DNA from: Octopus vulgaris
Lineage: Eukaryota
NCBI GenBank assembly: GCA_951406725.2
Contig: OX597822.1
Span: 118,606,001 to 118,670,000, forward strand
DNA: 64,000 nt
Reading direction: 5' to 3'
The first letter of the stretch is position 1, and each line of letters starts with the position of its first letter. This document shows positions 14,091 through 26,439 of the stretch, one piece after another. The translations under genes and the position numbers were made by a program. Under the pieces are notes generated by a model, which did no database searches, was not told the DNA's origin, and saw only the letters and a program-made list of their open reading frames with translations.

Positions 14091-14308
14091 TATATATATA
14101 TATAGTAAAATATGAAATGGAAAGTCCTTGGTACACTTATATATATTTGAAAAAATGAATATGGCTTTTCTGATAATTTTTCCATTTTAATAATTAAAAG
14201 ATAAAAAGTTATTAGGCATTTTGGAAACACCTAATGACATATAAACATCTAATTATTAAAGTGGGAAAATGATCAGAAAAGTAATTGCTATTCACTTTTT
14301 CAGATATA

Positions 14309-14705
14309 TCTATATATATAAAGCTGAAGTTGTCCGTGTGTGTGTGGCAGGTTTGGTAGCCTTCAACTAACACCATCTCCTCCGAAACCCTGTGGCACAA
14401 GTTGACCAAAATTGAGAGTATGATAGAAGAAGGCTTGCTCTTCCTTCTGTAAGAGAAAAAATTCAAATCGGACCATGTTAACACCAAAAATTGTTTACAT
14501 CAAAAAGGTGCTTTTTTTCCTATGAAAATCCCTATTTTTTACGATTTTTTGACTGCTGTGTTGCCATTTTGCGATGTATTTCCACCAGAAAAATAGTCAC
14601 TTAAAGAGAATAACAAGCTATATAATGCAAAGTTTTTACTTTTCAAAAATTCCAATTCTAAAGGGTCGAAAAAACAAGCCTGAGCAACACTAGGCTATAC
14701 TACTA

Positions 14706-14706
<1 letters not shown>
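14309..14706 (+). mobile_element. Non-autonomous Helitron
   Basis: 5' TC(tatatatataaa), 3' hairpin plus CTAG, inserted between A and T. Confidence 0.8.
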
Positions 14707-14750
<44 letters not shown>

Positions 14751-15174
14751 AATCAAAGAGTGCAAGGATCCTTACACTTTTCAAGTTATATTTACATAAG
14801 TAGCAACTTTCACCAGTTAATAACGTTTGTCAATCATATATTATCCACTTCTTGTCAGGTACACAAGCTGTGTACATGCTTAATGCTTCCTAACTTCCTG
14901 TATCATGATCTTTTTTGAATTGCATTACTCTTTCACTATACATACATGACAATATAAACTATATTTACTGCTTGCTTTTAAGTCAAGTTATACATACAAA
15001 TAATTTGACACTAAAGTGAGTGAAACAGTACCTTGTAGCAGAGTACATATGTACTATCTTTTGCAAGGAAAATATTCAGGGTACATATGTACTATCTTTT
15101 GCAAAGGAAAACCTCAAATTTTCAGCCTGTTCATCTTCATCAAACTCTACGTGTTGGTTAAAAGTCTAGCATAT

Positions 15175-15420
15175 CTATTTCTTTATTGCCCACAAGGGGC
15201 TAAACACAGAGAGGACAAACAAGGACAGAGAAATGGATTATGTCGATTACATCGACCCCTGTGCATAACTGGAACTTAATTTATCGACCCTGAAAGGATG
15301 AAAGGCATAAAAGGATGAAAGGCAAAGTCAACCTCGGCGGAATTTGAACTCAGAACGTAACAGCAGACAAAATATGGCTATGCATTTCACCCGGCGTGCT
15401 AACAGTTCTGCCAGCTCACC
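15175..15420 (-). mobile_element. tRNA-derived SINE with Meta-like domain (same family as the 24520 array)
   Basis: Reverse complement of gcctttcatccttt..gggtcgataaattaag and the tagccccttgtgggcaataaagaaata tail. Confidence 0.85.
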
Positions 15421-16259
15421 ACCATATCAAGTCTAGCATATCATTGACAACCCCAGGGGGTCAATGAGGACCATCACTAGAGTAATGTAGAGGAGTATTT
15501 TTATCAGATTCATGTTGCATGTGGACATCAGGTACAAGACTAACATGATGAGGGTGGACAGGTTATGTCTGACAAGACCTGGAAAAAACCCTTGTAACAA
15601 TGTGACCCTCAACATCATATAGCCTCATAGCTCTCCACAGTACCAAGGAAGCAATGGGGACTGCTGTAGTGAATGTGATGAGTGACCTGAGTGGAGAGCC
15701 CTTGATCCTGGCACGTAGTTGCATCAGGATCACAATTAGGGATGACGGTTGTTGAATAGCCAGTTCCTTTGATTTCTCTGACTGAATGTTCATACCGTTT
15801 TTATAGGAGTATGTTGTTGTTGATTCCTTTTTTCTGTTGAGTGTTTTTGTTTTCCTGATGTTTAGTTCGCAAATGTCTAGTTCACTATATATGTATACGT
15901 ATATGTATATAAGTGGTGGTGGTGGTGGTGCTGCTGCTGTTGATGGTGGTGGTGGTGGTATTTTTGATGCTTATAATGACGGCCATGGTAGTGGTGGTGG
16001 TGATGTTGGTAGTATTGGTAGTGGTGATACTGATATGGTTCTATATATGTATGTGTGTATGAATGTATGTAAAGGAGCATTGCTCAGTGGTAAGAGCATC
16101 AGGCTCACAATCACGAGGTAGTGAGTTCGATTCCCAGACCAGGCTGTGTATTGTGTTCTTGAGCAAGACACTTTATTTCACCTAGCTCCAGTTCACTCCT
16201 TTGGAATTTCAACATCAACAGGGTATTTTCGCATGTATGTATATTTACAGATTTATAGG

Positions 16260-16525
16260 CTTTGTTTTATGTATGTATTCTCATACATATAGTTGCATAT
16301 CTAGACATGCTCATATATACATAAATGATAAACTTCTGAAAAGTTTTACAGATTTTTACAGTTCCAGTGATAGCTTGGATCTGTAGTCTTTGAATCAGCT
16401 TTCTCTTTTCTGGTTTTGAGAAGCCTGATTTCTCAAGATTGGTATTTAGGCAGTGTGTTACACATCTCAGTGCCCTAATAATTGCAGGTATAAACATGAA
16501 CTTGTAATCTGGATAGAGTAGCTGC
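16260..16525 (-). mobile_element. 3' end of an RLE-type (R4/CRE-like) non-LTR element
   Basis: LYPDYKFMFIPAIIRAL..V...L..NLEK.GF...LIQRLQIQAITGTVKICKTF resembles restriction-like endonuclease C-termini. Confidence 0.6.
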
Positions 16526-16810
16526 ATGTATGCATGTATGTATGTACATATGTACACATGCATGCACAGATGCACACACATACATACACACGCACATACA
16601 CACACATGTACGTATGTATGTATGTATGCAGGTACGCACATAAGCACACATGCATATGCACACACGTACGTATGTACATATGTATGTACGTAGGTATGTA
16701 CCTAGGTATGTACATATGTATGTATGTAGGTATACATGCATGCATGTATATATACAAATATAAATGTGTAAATGCATGTTTACATGTAAGTACAAAAGTA
16801 TCTACACATA

Positions 16811-17027
16811 CTCTTTTCTCTTTTTACTCTTTTACTTGTTTCAGTCATTTGACTGCGGCCCTGCTGGAGCACCGCCTTTAGTCGAGCAACTCGACCCCGG
16901 GACATATTCTTTGTAAGCCCAGTACTTATTCTATCGGTCACTTTTGCCGAACCGCTAAGTGACGGGGACGTAAACACACCAGCATCGGTTGTCAAGCAAT
17001 GCTAGGGGGACAAACACAGACACACAA

Positions 17028-17062
<35 letters not shown>

Positions 17063-17222
17063 CGACGGGCTTCCTTCAGTTTCCGTCTACCAAATCCACT
17101 CACAAGGCTTTGGTCGGCCCGAGGCTATAGTAGAAGACACTTGCCCAAGGTGCCACACAGTGGGACTGAACTCGGAACCATGTGGTTGGTAAACAAGCTA
17201 CTTACCACACAGCCACTCCTGC
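16811..17222 (-). mobile_element. Abundant tRNA-derived SINE with internal (CA)/(TA) microsatellite
   Basis: Head gcaggagtggctgtgtggtaagtagcttg...gttcagtcccactg; tail tgactgaaacaagtaaaagag. More than 10 copies in the window. Confidence 0.9.
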
Positions 17223-17709
17223 TTGTTTGAATGCATGAATGTACATATACATGCATGTATGCTTACATGCATGTACGAATGTATGCACACATTAATGAAT
17301 GTATACATGTATACATACATTAACCAACTAAGCAACAAAACAAACAGCTTCATAACTAAAATCTTCCCTGATATACATTCTACATCATGTTAGACACTCC
17401 CTCATCACGCTTGCAATCATAAGAACCAGTGACCCAACGACTGGCCCCTCAAAACACCCCACCACCATAACCGATGAGGCAGTTTTTCTCCAATTGTGAT
17501 ATGGAATAAATAAAAATAACAGACCACCATCCATTTGGCCCTGATAAAGCTAGTTTAGCAATCAAACTCAGAAAACATGCAATATTAGATAAATGAGTGT
17601 CAGCTAATTACAGTGAAATTCTTTGCAGCAGGCTTTTAAGTGGGTCCTAAAAGCAGGACCAATCCCTTTGCTACACATCCTGTTTACAGATAACATTCTT
17701 ACTAGACAA

Positions 17710-18630
17710 ATGATAATGGTGGTGGTGGTGATGATGATTGTGATGGTAGTGGTGGTGATGGTGATGGTGATGGTGGTGGTGGTGGTGGTGGTGGTGATAA
17801 TTGTGATGGTGACGGTTATGGTCGTGGTGGTAGTGGTGGTGGTAATGGTTGTGGTGGTGATGATGATGGTTGTTGTGATGGGGATAGTAATGGTTGTGGT
17901 GGTAGTGGTGGTGATGGTTATGGTAGTGTTAATGGTCGTGGTGGTAGTGCTATTGATGTTCTTGTAGTAGTGGTAGTAATGGGGGCGATGGGAGGTGGGG
18001 GCGATGCAAGAGATTGTGGTAGTGATGACGGTGCAATGTAGTGATGACACAAGTGCTTGTGGTGGTGGGATGATGTTGCCGTAGTGATAATGAAGGAGAT
18101 ATTAGTGATAGTGACATTAGTAGTGTTGGTATTGGTATTGGTGGTAGTGATAGCGATGATGATGATAAAGTGCAGTTGTGGTGCTATTAGTAGAGGTGGG
18201 GGTGATGTAGCAATTGTGGGGGAGTCATGTGGCAGTGGTGGTGGGTAGGCAGGCGATATTGGCATTGGTGGTGGTGGTGGTGGTGGTGGTTGTGGCGGAG
18301 GTGGTGGTTGAAGGTGGTGGTGGAAGGTGGTGGTGGAAGGTGGTGGTGCTGGTGGTGGTGGCGGAGGTGGTGGTGCTGGTGGTGCTGGTGGCAGAGGTGA
18401 TGCTGGTGGTGCTGGTGGCGGAGGTGGTGCTGGTGGTAGCAGCAATGGTGGAGTTGTTGGCAGTGGTGGTGGTGGTGGTATTGGTGGTGGTGGTGGTGGT
18501 GGTGGTGGTATTGGTGGTGCTGGTGGTAAAGGTAGGACAGTGAATGATTTGTTTTTTGGGTGATGATGTTATTTAAAATTCTTGATGACGGAGATGATGA
18601 TGATGAGGATGATGATGAGGATGATGGTTA
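17710..18630. repeat. (GGT/GAT/GCT)n trinucleotide low-complexity tract
   Basis: Seen directly. Confidence 0.9.
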
Positions 18631-18998
18631 ATAGTGGATGGAAATAATGAGGAGGAGTTTTTAATTCAGCAATCTTCAAAAAAGAAACAAGATGTACATT
18701 AATTGGCACTTTTGGTTGGGAAAAACAAATAACTTACAATTAATAAGAAAAAAAATACCAATTCCAAATAACAAAAACATGTTTAGTTTAAACTGTAGAC
18801 ACTTCACACTTGCATTTTTTCCTGTTATCCTGGGAATTTAAAAAAAATAAACCTTTGTAATTTGTGAAACCTAACAACTGTTACAGAAATGTCGCTAGTC
18901 AGTTCAAGTGTAGACAAGTGAATCCAAAAGATCGATATTTAAATACCAATCTTATCAGGTAACCAGCATGGGGAAAAAAAAAACTTTTCAAAAGTAAT

Positions 18999-19136
18999 AA
19001 TTATAATTTAGGGTATCTAAGAGATACCACCACGCTTGAAATAGCAGTCAAAACTTGACTATAAAACCACATTAAATGTGGCTTTGACTGCTATTTCAAG
19101 CGTGGTGGTATCTCTTAGATACCCTAAATTATAATT
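18999..19136. repeat. Perfect inverted repeat with 54-bp arms
   Basis: 18999-19052 is the exact reverse complement of 19083-19136. Confidence 0.95.
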
Positions 19137-19147
19137 TTAAAGATATA

Positions 19148-19541
19148 TCTTTATATATAAAAGAGAGGTTGTGTGTCTGTCTCCTACGATTTAGATTCCT
19201 TACTCCCACATTTTGCGGTGCAGTTTAACCAAAACCGGGTATCTTATAGTCGTGATTCATATCGAGCCCTTCTGGGTATTAGCGCGCGTCTATGATGAGT
19301 CTACGATTTAAAAAAAAATTTACCATCATTTTTTTCCATTTTAATGCATTTTTTCGCTATTATATAAGGGAAGTAACTCTCTAAAAATGTCTACGATGAG
19401 TCAACGATTTTAAAAAAAATTTACCATAATTTTTTTCCATTTTTAATGCATTTTTTTGCTATTTTTTGGCTATAACTCTCTAAAAATGCTTATATAGTTA
19501 TTTCCCTTACAAACCCGAGCAACGCCGGGCAATACTGCTAG
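19148..19541 (+). mobile_element. Non-autonomous Helitron (family also at 45916, 46422 and 61360)
   Basis: 5' TC, 3' cccgagcaacgccgggc hairpin plus CTAG, A|T target, internal tandem duplication. Confidence 0.9.
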
Positions 19542-20289
19542 TAGATATATACAAGAAGAAGAACAACAACAACAACAAATAATGCCCTAATGCAGTTCCA
19601 AATAGTAGCTCTCTTGACTTGATCTTAATTGAAGTGTAATCATGAAGTAAACCTCACATGAAAATCCCAGTTTACTCTGACATTCCCAAGGCATGGCAAG
19701 TGCCCTCTTCCAGTTTCTTTCCTCCTACTAAGAAAAGAAAAAGGAGAGAGAAAGAGAGGATAAGGCAATGAGTGAAACAGAAAAAGGGAGAAAGAAAAAG
19801 AGGAAGAAAGAAAAAGAGGAAGAAAGAAAAAGAGGAAGAAAGAAAAAGACGGAGAGAGGAATGTCCATGATGTGAGTTAGGAGGAATGTAAGTATTATTA
19901 AAAGTGTATGAATGAGACTGGATCCCCAAGTGAAAGTTTCTTGCATGGCAAGTGTCCCACAAAGCAGCAGGATGGGTCTGGTCATTGTGCAAAGATTAGA
20001 AGTTGGTCAAGCAACTCCTGACAATAGGAGTGCGATGGAATGCTATTAGAGGATGGAATGTTATTAGAGAAGGGAACCCGGCAAAATAGGATGCAGAAAA
20101 AAAATGGATGCATAAAATATAAAGACATTTCCCTTTTCACAGAAAAAATAAATTGGTGAAAATACATTGGAAGAGGGAGAAGGGTGAGGGAGGAAGAAGA
20201 GGAGGACAAGAACGACAACAACAACTGAAGACACCCCCACTCCCGGCCTCACTAACCCACACCAAAAAAAAAAAAAAACTGAACAGTTA

Positions 20290-20545
20290 TGAATTTGGTT
20301 GCAAAAGGGAGACTTGAAACAGGAAATCAAAAGCCTAATGTTTGCAACCCAGAAACAAGTCCTTGACACAGACACTGTTAAAATAAAATAATGTATAACC
20401 ATACAGCGTTGGATAAATAAAGGCTGCATAGTGACAGGTTGGAGACTGTGACTTATATTGCATACATCTATGAAATGATTGAATAGAAAGACTATAAATT
20501 CTAGTGTGATAAAGTGGGCAATTAGGCTTGATCAGAAATTATACT
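20290..20545 (+). mobile_element. R4/Dong-like LINE fragment (post-RT / decayed CCHC region)
   Basis: Manual translation WLQKGDLKQEIKSLMFATQKQVL...ETVT.I...DYK..DKVG resembles the WL.KG.LK.ETE.LI.AAQ.QAL motif. Confidence 0.55.
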
Positions 20546-20819
20546 AAAACGGACGGTGCTGAGTTGTCAAACATTTAAATCAAATTTTCTCAAAACAATT
20601 TGTTCGACCGTCCCATAGGCCTCCCCTAAATTTGAGACACCAGCAAAAGACGGATTTCGACTTGTGCATGGATTTGGCAGGTGGAAACAGAAAGAAGCCC
20701 ATTATATATATATAATGCCTTGGGCCATTGTGATCAATAAAAGAAATCTTCATCATCAAGTGATAAATTGATGGAATCATTAGCATGCCAGACAAAATGC
20801 TGCTAAGCATTTGACACTT

Positions 20820-21058
20820 GGGTGCAAATATATGAAGCCCAATATACCCATCATGTACTTGCGCGTACAAATGCACGTTCCCACGGCTTTATCGATCGCA
20901 TTCTCGCCTGGAATCGATTTTTGTAACTTTTTCAAGACTTATATATGCCCTGATACTGTCAGTATCTACATATCAAATTTGAGCGCAATCGGATGGAGGA
21001 TGCCCGAGATCCTAGAAGACACACAGACAGACAGACAGAACGGATTTTATATAATAGA
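20820..21058 (-). mobile_element. Helitron 5' portion
   Basis: Minus-strand start TCtattatataaaa followed by (tctg)n, the same head architecture as at 32275. Confidence 0.6.
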
Positions 21059-21061
21059 TAC

Positions 21062-21498
21062 AGGTGCAGGCATGGCTGTGTAGTAAGAAGCTTGTTTCCC
21101 CACACATGGTTCTGGGTTCAGTCGCACTGTGTGGCACCTTGGGCAAGGGTCTTCTACTATAGCCTCAGGCTGGCAAAAGCCTTGTGTGTGGATTTGGCAG
21201 ATGGAAACGGAAAGAAGCCCATTGTATATATATATATGTATGTGTGTGTGTGTGTGTGTGAGTGTGTGTGTTGTTGCATCAAGTGGTGGTGTTCCCCATC
21301 ACCACTTGACAACTAGTGTTGTTTCATTTACATACGTGTGATTTAGTGGTTCAACAAATGAGATTGATAAATAAGCACCAGACTCACAAAGAAAGAAAAA
21401 GAAATGTACTGAGGTTAATTCATTTAACTAAAAAAGAGATTCTCAGGGTGATGCCCCAGCATGGCCACAATCAAATGACTGAAACAAATAAAAGATAA
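21062..21498 (+). mobile_element. SINE, same family as 16811-17222
   Basis: Shared head and tail. Confidence 0.85.
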
Positions 21499-21519
21499 TA
21501 GATAAAAAAGATACCAGGT

Positions 21520-21965
21520 AGAGTGTTAAAAACAATCCTTTTACTGAAGAGGGGCTTGAAGAAGTTGAAAGCCTGAGAGAATGAACTCTTTGTTTATTCC
21601 TTTCTACTGTGTCCACCAGGCATCTTCCTCCGTGAAAGCCATCAGACAGAAGACTCTCCAGTTTTCTTTTGCAAAGAAAAAAAGTGATTTGATCATCAAG
21701 ATAGAGTAAGCTTGTAGCTAGGTCTGTCCTGCATTTCCTGCACAGAACCTCCTGACCTCTGAATCCCATCCATTTCACAAGAAGCAAAAGAACATGCGCT
21801 CCAATTTGGTCAGGCATTTCTGGGACAAAGGCACAAGTCAGGCAATAGTACACAACCAAAGTCATGCTGGTGTGAGCCACTTACAATTAACCTTACAGGG
21901 ACAGCTTCATCTCAGTCAATATCCGAGAGGGAGTGATGACCCCGTTTCCACAGACTTACAATGTT
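21520..21965 (+). mobile_element. Highly decayed LINE C-terminal fragment, similar to ~24380-24505
   Basis: PIHFTRSKRTCAPIWSGISGTKAQ here versus PIHFLKSKSACTSICSDISGTKAQ at 24379. Confidence 0.4.
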
Positions 21966-21986
21966 AAGACACTGAACAAATACACG

Positions 21987-22402
21987 CTCTTTTACTCTCT
22001 TTTACTTGTTTCAGTCATTTGACTGTGGCCATGCTGGAGCACCACCTTTAGTCGAACAAATCGACCCCAGGATTTATTCTCTGTAAGCCTAGTACTTATT
22101 CTACCGGTCTCTTTTGCTGAACTGCTAAGTTACGGGGACGTAAACACACCAGCATCAGTTGTCAAGTGATGTTGGGGGGATAAATACAGACGCACAGACG
22201 TATACACACACATACATATATATATATACATATATATACTACGGGCTTCTTTCAGTTTCCGTTTACCAAATCCACTCACAAGGATTTGGTTGGCCCAAGG
22301 CTATAGTAGAAGACACTTGCCCAAGGTGCCACGCAGTGGGACTGAACCCGGAACCATGTGGTTTGTAAGCAAGCTACTTACTACACAGCCACTCCTACAC
22401 CT
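21987..22402 (-). mobile_element. SINE, same family as 16811-17222
   Basis: Near full-length match. Confidence 0.9.
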
Positions 22403-22776
22403 AAATAAAATTGCCCAAGGTGTCACACATTGGGACTGAACCCAGGACCACGTGGTTGAGAAGCAAATTTCCTACCACAGAGCCATTCTTATACATTGTG
22501 GCCAGTCTTGATATCCTGCACCCATCACAGAGGCTCAGCTGCTGGGAAGTCAAACATGGCCGTGCTCGTGGGGTTTATCCTAAACAGACAATACTCCAAC
22601 ACTTCTAACATTGCCAGGTCAAGGATATTTGGATATCATCCATAATGACTGACCTGAAATAATTGTTAGCCCCTTATTTTCCACAGGGCCCACAAGTGAA
22701 GGACATTATACAGATGCTTTGCATAAACAGTGGAGGTTTTACACCAGTGACAAAAAAATACAAGATGAAAAAAATA

Positions 22777-23165
22777 TATGGCCATGAGATTAAGGAGCTT
22801 ATTTTGCAACTACGTGGTCTCAGGTTCAATCCCACAGCGTGGCACCAAGCATATCTTATACTATAGCCTTGGGCTGCCCAATGCCATGTGAGTGAATTTG
22901 TAGATGGAAACTGTGCAGAAGCCCACTGTTTGTGTGTAAGAAAGAGAGAGAGTTTGTTTTTATATTTCTATTTGTCCCCTTTGACTATGTGACAACCAGT
23001 GCTGGTTTGTTTACATCCCTGTAAATTAATGGTTCAGCAAAACAGACCATTAGTACAAGTATCAGACCTAAAAAAAATTAGTACTGGAAATGGTTAATTT
23101 GGTTGAAACCTTCAAAGCAAAGCTCCAGCATGGTCACAGAGCAATGAGTGAGATAGATCAAAGAT
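22777..23165 (+). mobile_element. Older SINE copy of the same family
   Basis: Diverged match across head, body and tail. Confidence 0.7.
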
Positions 23166-23365
23166 AAAACAAAATATAAAAATATGTCTAAAGGAAGGCA
23201 GTTACCTATGGTAAAATAGAGCCCTGCATAAATCCCTAAATACCCTTCAGTACAAAGATAAGAACCTTCCCTTGTTAAGAAGTTACAAATGAAACTATAG
23301 GGATTAGAACCTTCCAACCAACAAAAATCCTCATTATTACCCACTGCATCCTTCGAAACTTCCAT

Positions 23366-23547
23366 GCTTCCTGAGATTCACCAACACTACACCTGATTTT
23401 CTCCCCTCCATACACACGCAAGCATGTATCTGACTCATACACTGTTCACTTCCCAGACATTTGTACATTACTGCATATGCTTTATACGCACTTTTGACAA
23501 GTTGTGGTGCACCTGAGCACTGTATACAATAATTTCATTATTATTAT
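23366..23547 (+). mobile_element. LINE 3' tail (CR1/L2-like) with (TTA)n end
   Basis: gacaag.tgt.gtgcacctgag(c)actgtatacaataa is shared with ~40720-40790. Confidence 0.55.
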
Positions 23548-24519
23548 ACCCACCTTTTAATAAATTTACTGGAAGAAAAACACTTTTTTCTTGATTCTCA
23601 CTCATCTTTACAAAGGGTAGTTGAAATGTTGATGAGAGCTTGATAGAAAAAGAAACCGCATGTCCTCAATCTTAACAGTCCTATCCATCATGGTAGAACC
23701 TCCTTGCCATAGCCATAACACAGAAAAACTGCCCACCCTTTCTTAATAAATGAAGACATTGAGATAATGCTTATGATGGATTTGGCTGCCAGCTGGTTCC
23801 ATTTTGCATGCAAAAGCATGAGTTTGATGCAATGCTTGGATGCTGAATAAATGCATGTGGAATAGTTTTATCGCTCTGTTCACATTTCAGATAGGCACAG
23901 CTAAAAGCACTACAATGCCTGTAGATTTTTCTGTTTTTGAACTGCCTCATCATGACAGTGTCAAACCAAGATCTTTCGGAAGTTGACCATAATCCCTGAT
24001 CTGAAAAGTCCAAAAGAAGGGACTATTATGAATGACCTCATTAACACCCAAAATTGTTCTCAAGCCCATCATTACTCATGTCCCACACCACCCACTCTTC
24101 TATAGAATGTCAGTGTGGGCGTCCCAATGATGATACAGCTCAGCTGGTGGAGTTCATTGGAGGGCCTGACGATAGTTCAAGTGCCACGGATTTGATCCAA
24201 GAATGTCACTCAAAGAGATGAGTTTCAGCTACAGAAAGACACGTCTCACAAATGGCAACCACATCTATGTTCAGTGTTATCATTATCCAGATATCTCTGC
24301 AGATGTTGCCTCAGAACAGGCGTATGCGTCAACAGCACAGTAAATATCTAAGCTTTTTAGAATGGGAACAAGTGGCACATGGACTTCCTGCCAGTGAAAC
24401 CCATTCATTTCCTAAAAAGCAAAAGTGCCTGCACTTCAATCTGCTCAGATATTTCTGGAACAAAGGCACAATTCAAGAAGCAGTTCATCACCAACATGAT
24501 GGAGGTGTTAGTCACTATA

Positions 24520-25303
24520 GGGCAGCGAGCTGGCAGAAATGTTAGCACGCCGGGCGAAATGCTTAGCGGTATTTCGTCTGCTGCTACGTTCTGAGTTCAA
24601 ATTCCGCCGAGGTCCACTCTGCCTTTCATCCTTTCGGGGTCAATAAATTAAGTACCAGTTACGCACTGGGGTTGATGTAATCAACTTAATCCATTTGTCT
24701 GTCCTTGTTTGTCCTCTCTGTGTTTAGCCCCTTGTGGGTAGTAAAGAAATAGGTATTTCGTCTGCAACTACATTCTGAGTTCAAATTCCGCCGAGGTCCA
24801 CTTTGCCTTTCATCCTTTCGGTGTCGATTAAATAGGTACCAGTTACGCACTGGGGTTGATGTAATCGACTTAATCCATTTGTCTGTCCTTGTTTGTCCTC
24901 TCTGTGTTTAGCCCCTTGTGGGTAGTAAAGAAATAGGTATTTCGTCTGCCACTACGTTCTGAGTTCAAATTCCGCCGAGGTCCACTTTGCCTTTCATCCT
25001 TTCGGGGTCAATAAATTAAGTACCAGTTACGCACTGGGGTCGATGTAATCGACTTAATCCGTTTGTCTGTCCTTGTTTGTCCCCTCTGTGTTTAGCCCCT
25101 TGTGGGTAATAAAGAAATAGGTATTTCGTCTGCCGCTACGTTCTGAGTTCAAATTCCGCTGAGGTCCACTTTGCCTTTCATCCTTTCGGGGTCGATTAAA
25201 TAAGTACCAGTTACGCACTGGGGTTGATGTAATCGACTTAATCCGTTTGTCTGTCCTTTTTTGTCCTCTCTGTGTTTAGCCCCTTGTGGGTAGTAAAGAA
25301 ATA
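24520..25303 (+). repeat. Meta-domain-like tRNA SINE expanded to four tandem 184-bp units
   Basis: Units start at 24568, 24752, 24936 and 25120. A single 5' head lies at 24520-24567. Confidence 0.95.
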
Positions 25304-25446
25304 GGTTAGTCCCCTACACTTGATCTTAGGGATAGATTCATGTCTGATGAATCCGTTTGTGACCTCCTCCAAGTTTTAATCCACCTAAGACCAGGCTGAA
25401 TCACACCCCAAACACCTTAATCAAAGCTGACATTTTGCATTAACTT

Positions 25447-25724
25447 GTTTGTTCCTTCTTGAGCCATGCCTGGCTCATAAGGGCCGGTTTCCTGGTTTCC
25501 TTGGTGTATAGGTCTGTCGCAGGTGAGCTGCAAGATGCAGGAAGAAAGAGTGAGAGAAAGTTGTGGTGAAAGAGTCAGCAGAAGTTCGCCATTACCTTCT
25601 GCCGGAGCCGCGTGGAGGTTGGGTGTTCCGCTCATAAACACACACATCACCCAGTCCGAGATTCGAACCTGCAATCCCTCGATCGTGAGTCCACTGCTCT
25701 AACCATTAGGCCATGTTCCTCCAT
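25447..25724 (-). mobile_element. SINE (12507 family head) with TSD tgcattaa
   Basis: Homology to the 27812 copy; tgcattaa on both flanks. Confidence 0.85.
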
Positions 25725-26439
25725 GCATTAAATTGCTTCTCCAGACACCAAACTGCAAGCCAACCAACTTGGTTTGTGTGACCATATTACCCCTTGGTAC
25801 TCGTCCAATATGGTGCTGACCACCACAATTTCCCCCCAACCCTATTGACAAGTATTCACTCTCTCCTGTTTAAATGTAGAGGCCTTAGATTGGACAACAC
25901 AGCCTTCATGTTTTGCACCAAACAAATCATTGAGACACATACTTTCTGCACTTTGCAATATCTCTTTGAGTCTAAATCCTAGCATCTTTTCCAAATGATT
26001 GTTCTCTAACACTGGTCCCTTACTAAAACTAATGGATTCTATCCCTATTTTTCACCTCAACCATTTTGTTACTATATTTCTTATGAAATACACTGCCTTT
26101 TTTCTTTCAATTAATTTTTAGTATAATGAAGAATTTATAGAAATAACCTCATCATTAATAAGGTGATGTTTGGAACATAAATTAACATCGAAATTTGGTG
26201 AAAGATTTCAATTTAAATCACTTTTAAACAGAAATTTTCTATCGTAGAATTCAAGTAGCAGTTCATCACCAACATGATGGAGGTGTTATTCACTATAGGG
26301 CAGCGAGCTGGCAGAAATGTTAGCACGCCGGGCGAAATGCTTAGCAGGGGGAGATATCAAAAGAGTTAATATGACCCTTCACTTGTTACTGAGTTTCTCC
26401 AACAATTCCTAATTAAATAGCTTGTTAATCTGGCCTCTT

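Noticed and set aside
17604-18563. Pro-, Gly-, Thr- and Val-rich ORFs resembling formin or structural proteins
   Set aside because: A (GGT)n-type tract open in several frames on both strands, with no domain or splice support.
19860-20230. Possible third decayed ORF1 copy (also 15430-15800)
   Set aside because: Only scattered motif resemblance, not supportable without alignment.
24507-24517. TSD for the SINE array (gttagtcacta versus gttagtccccta)
   Set aside because: Only 7 bp match exactly and the flanks seem to derive from different LINE relics.
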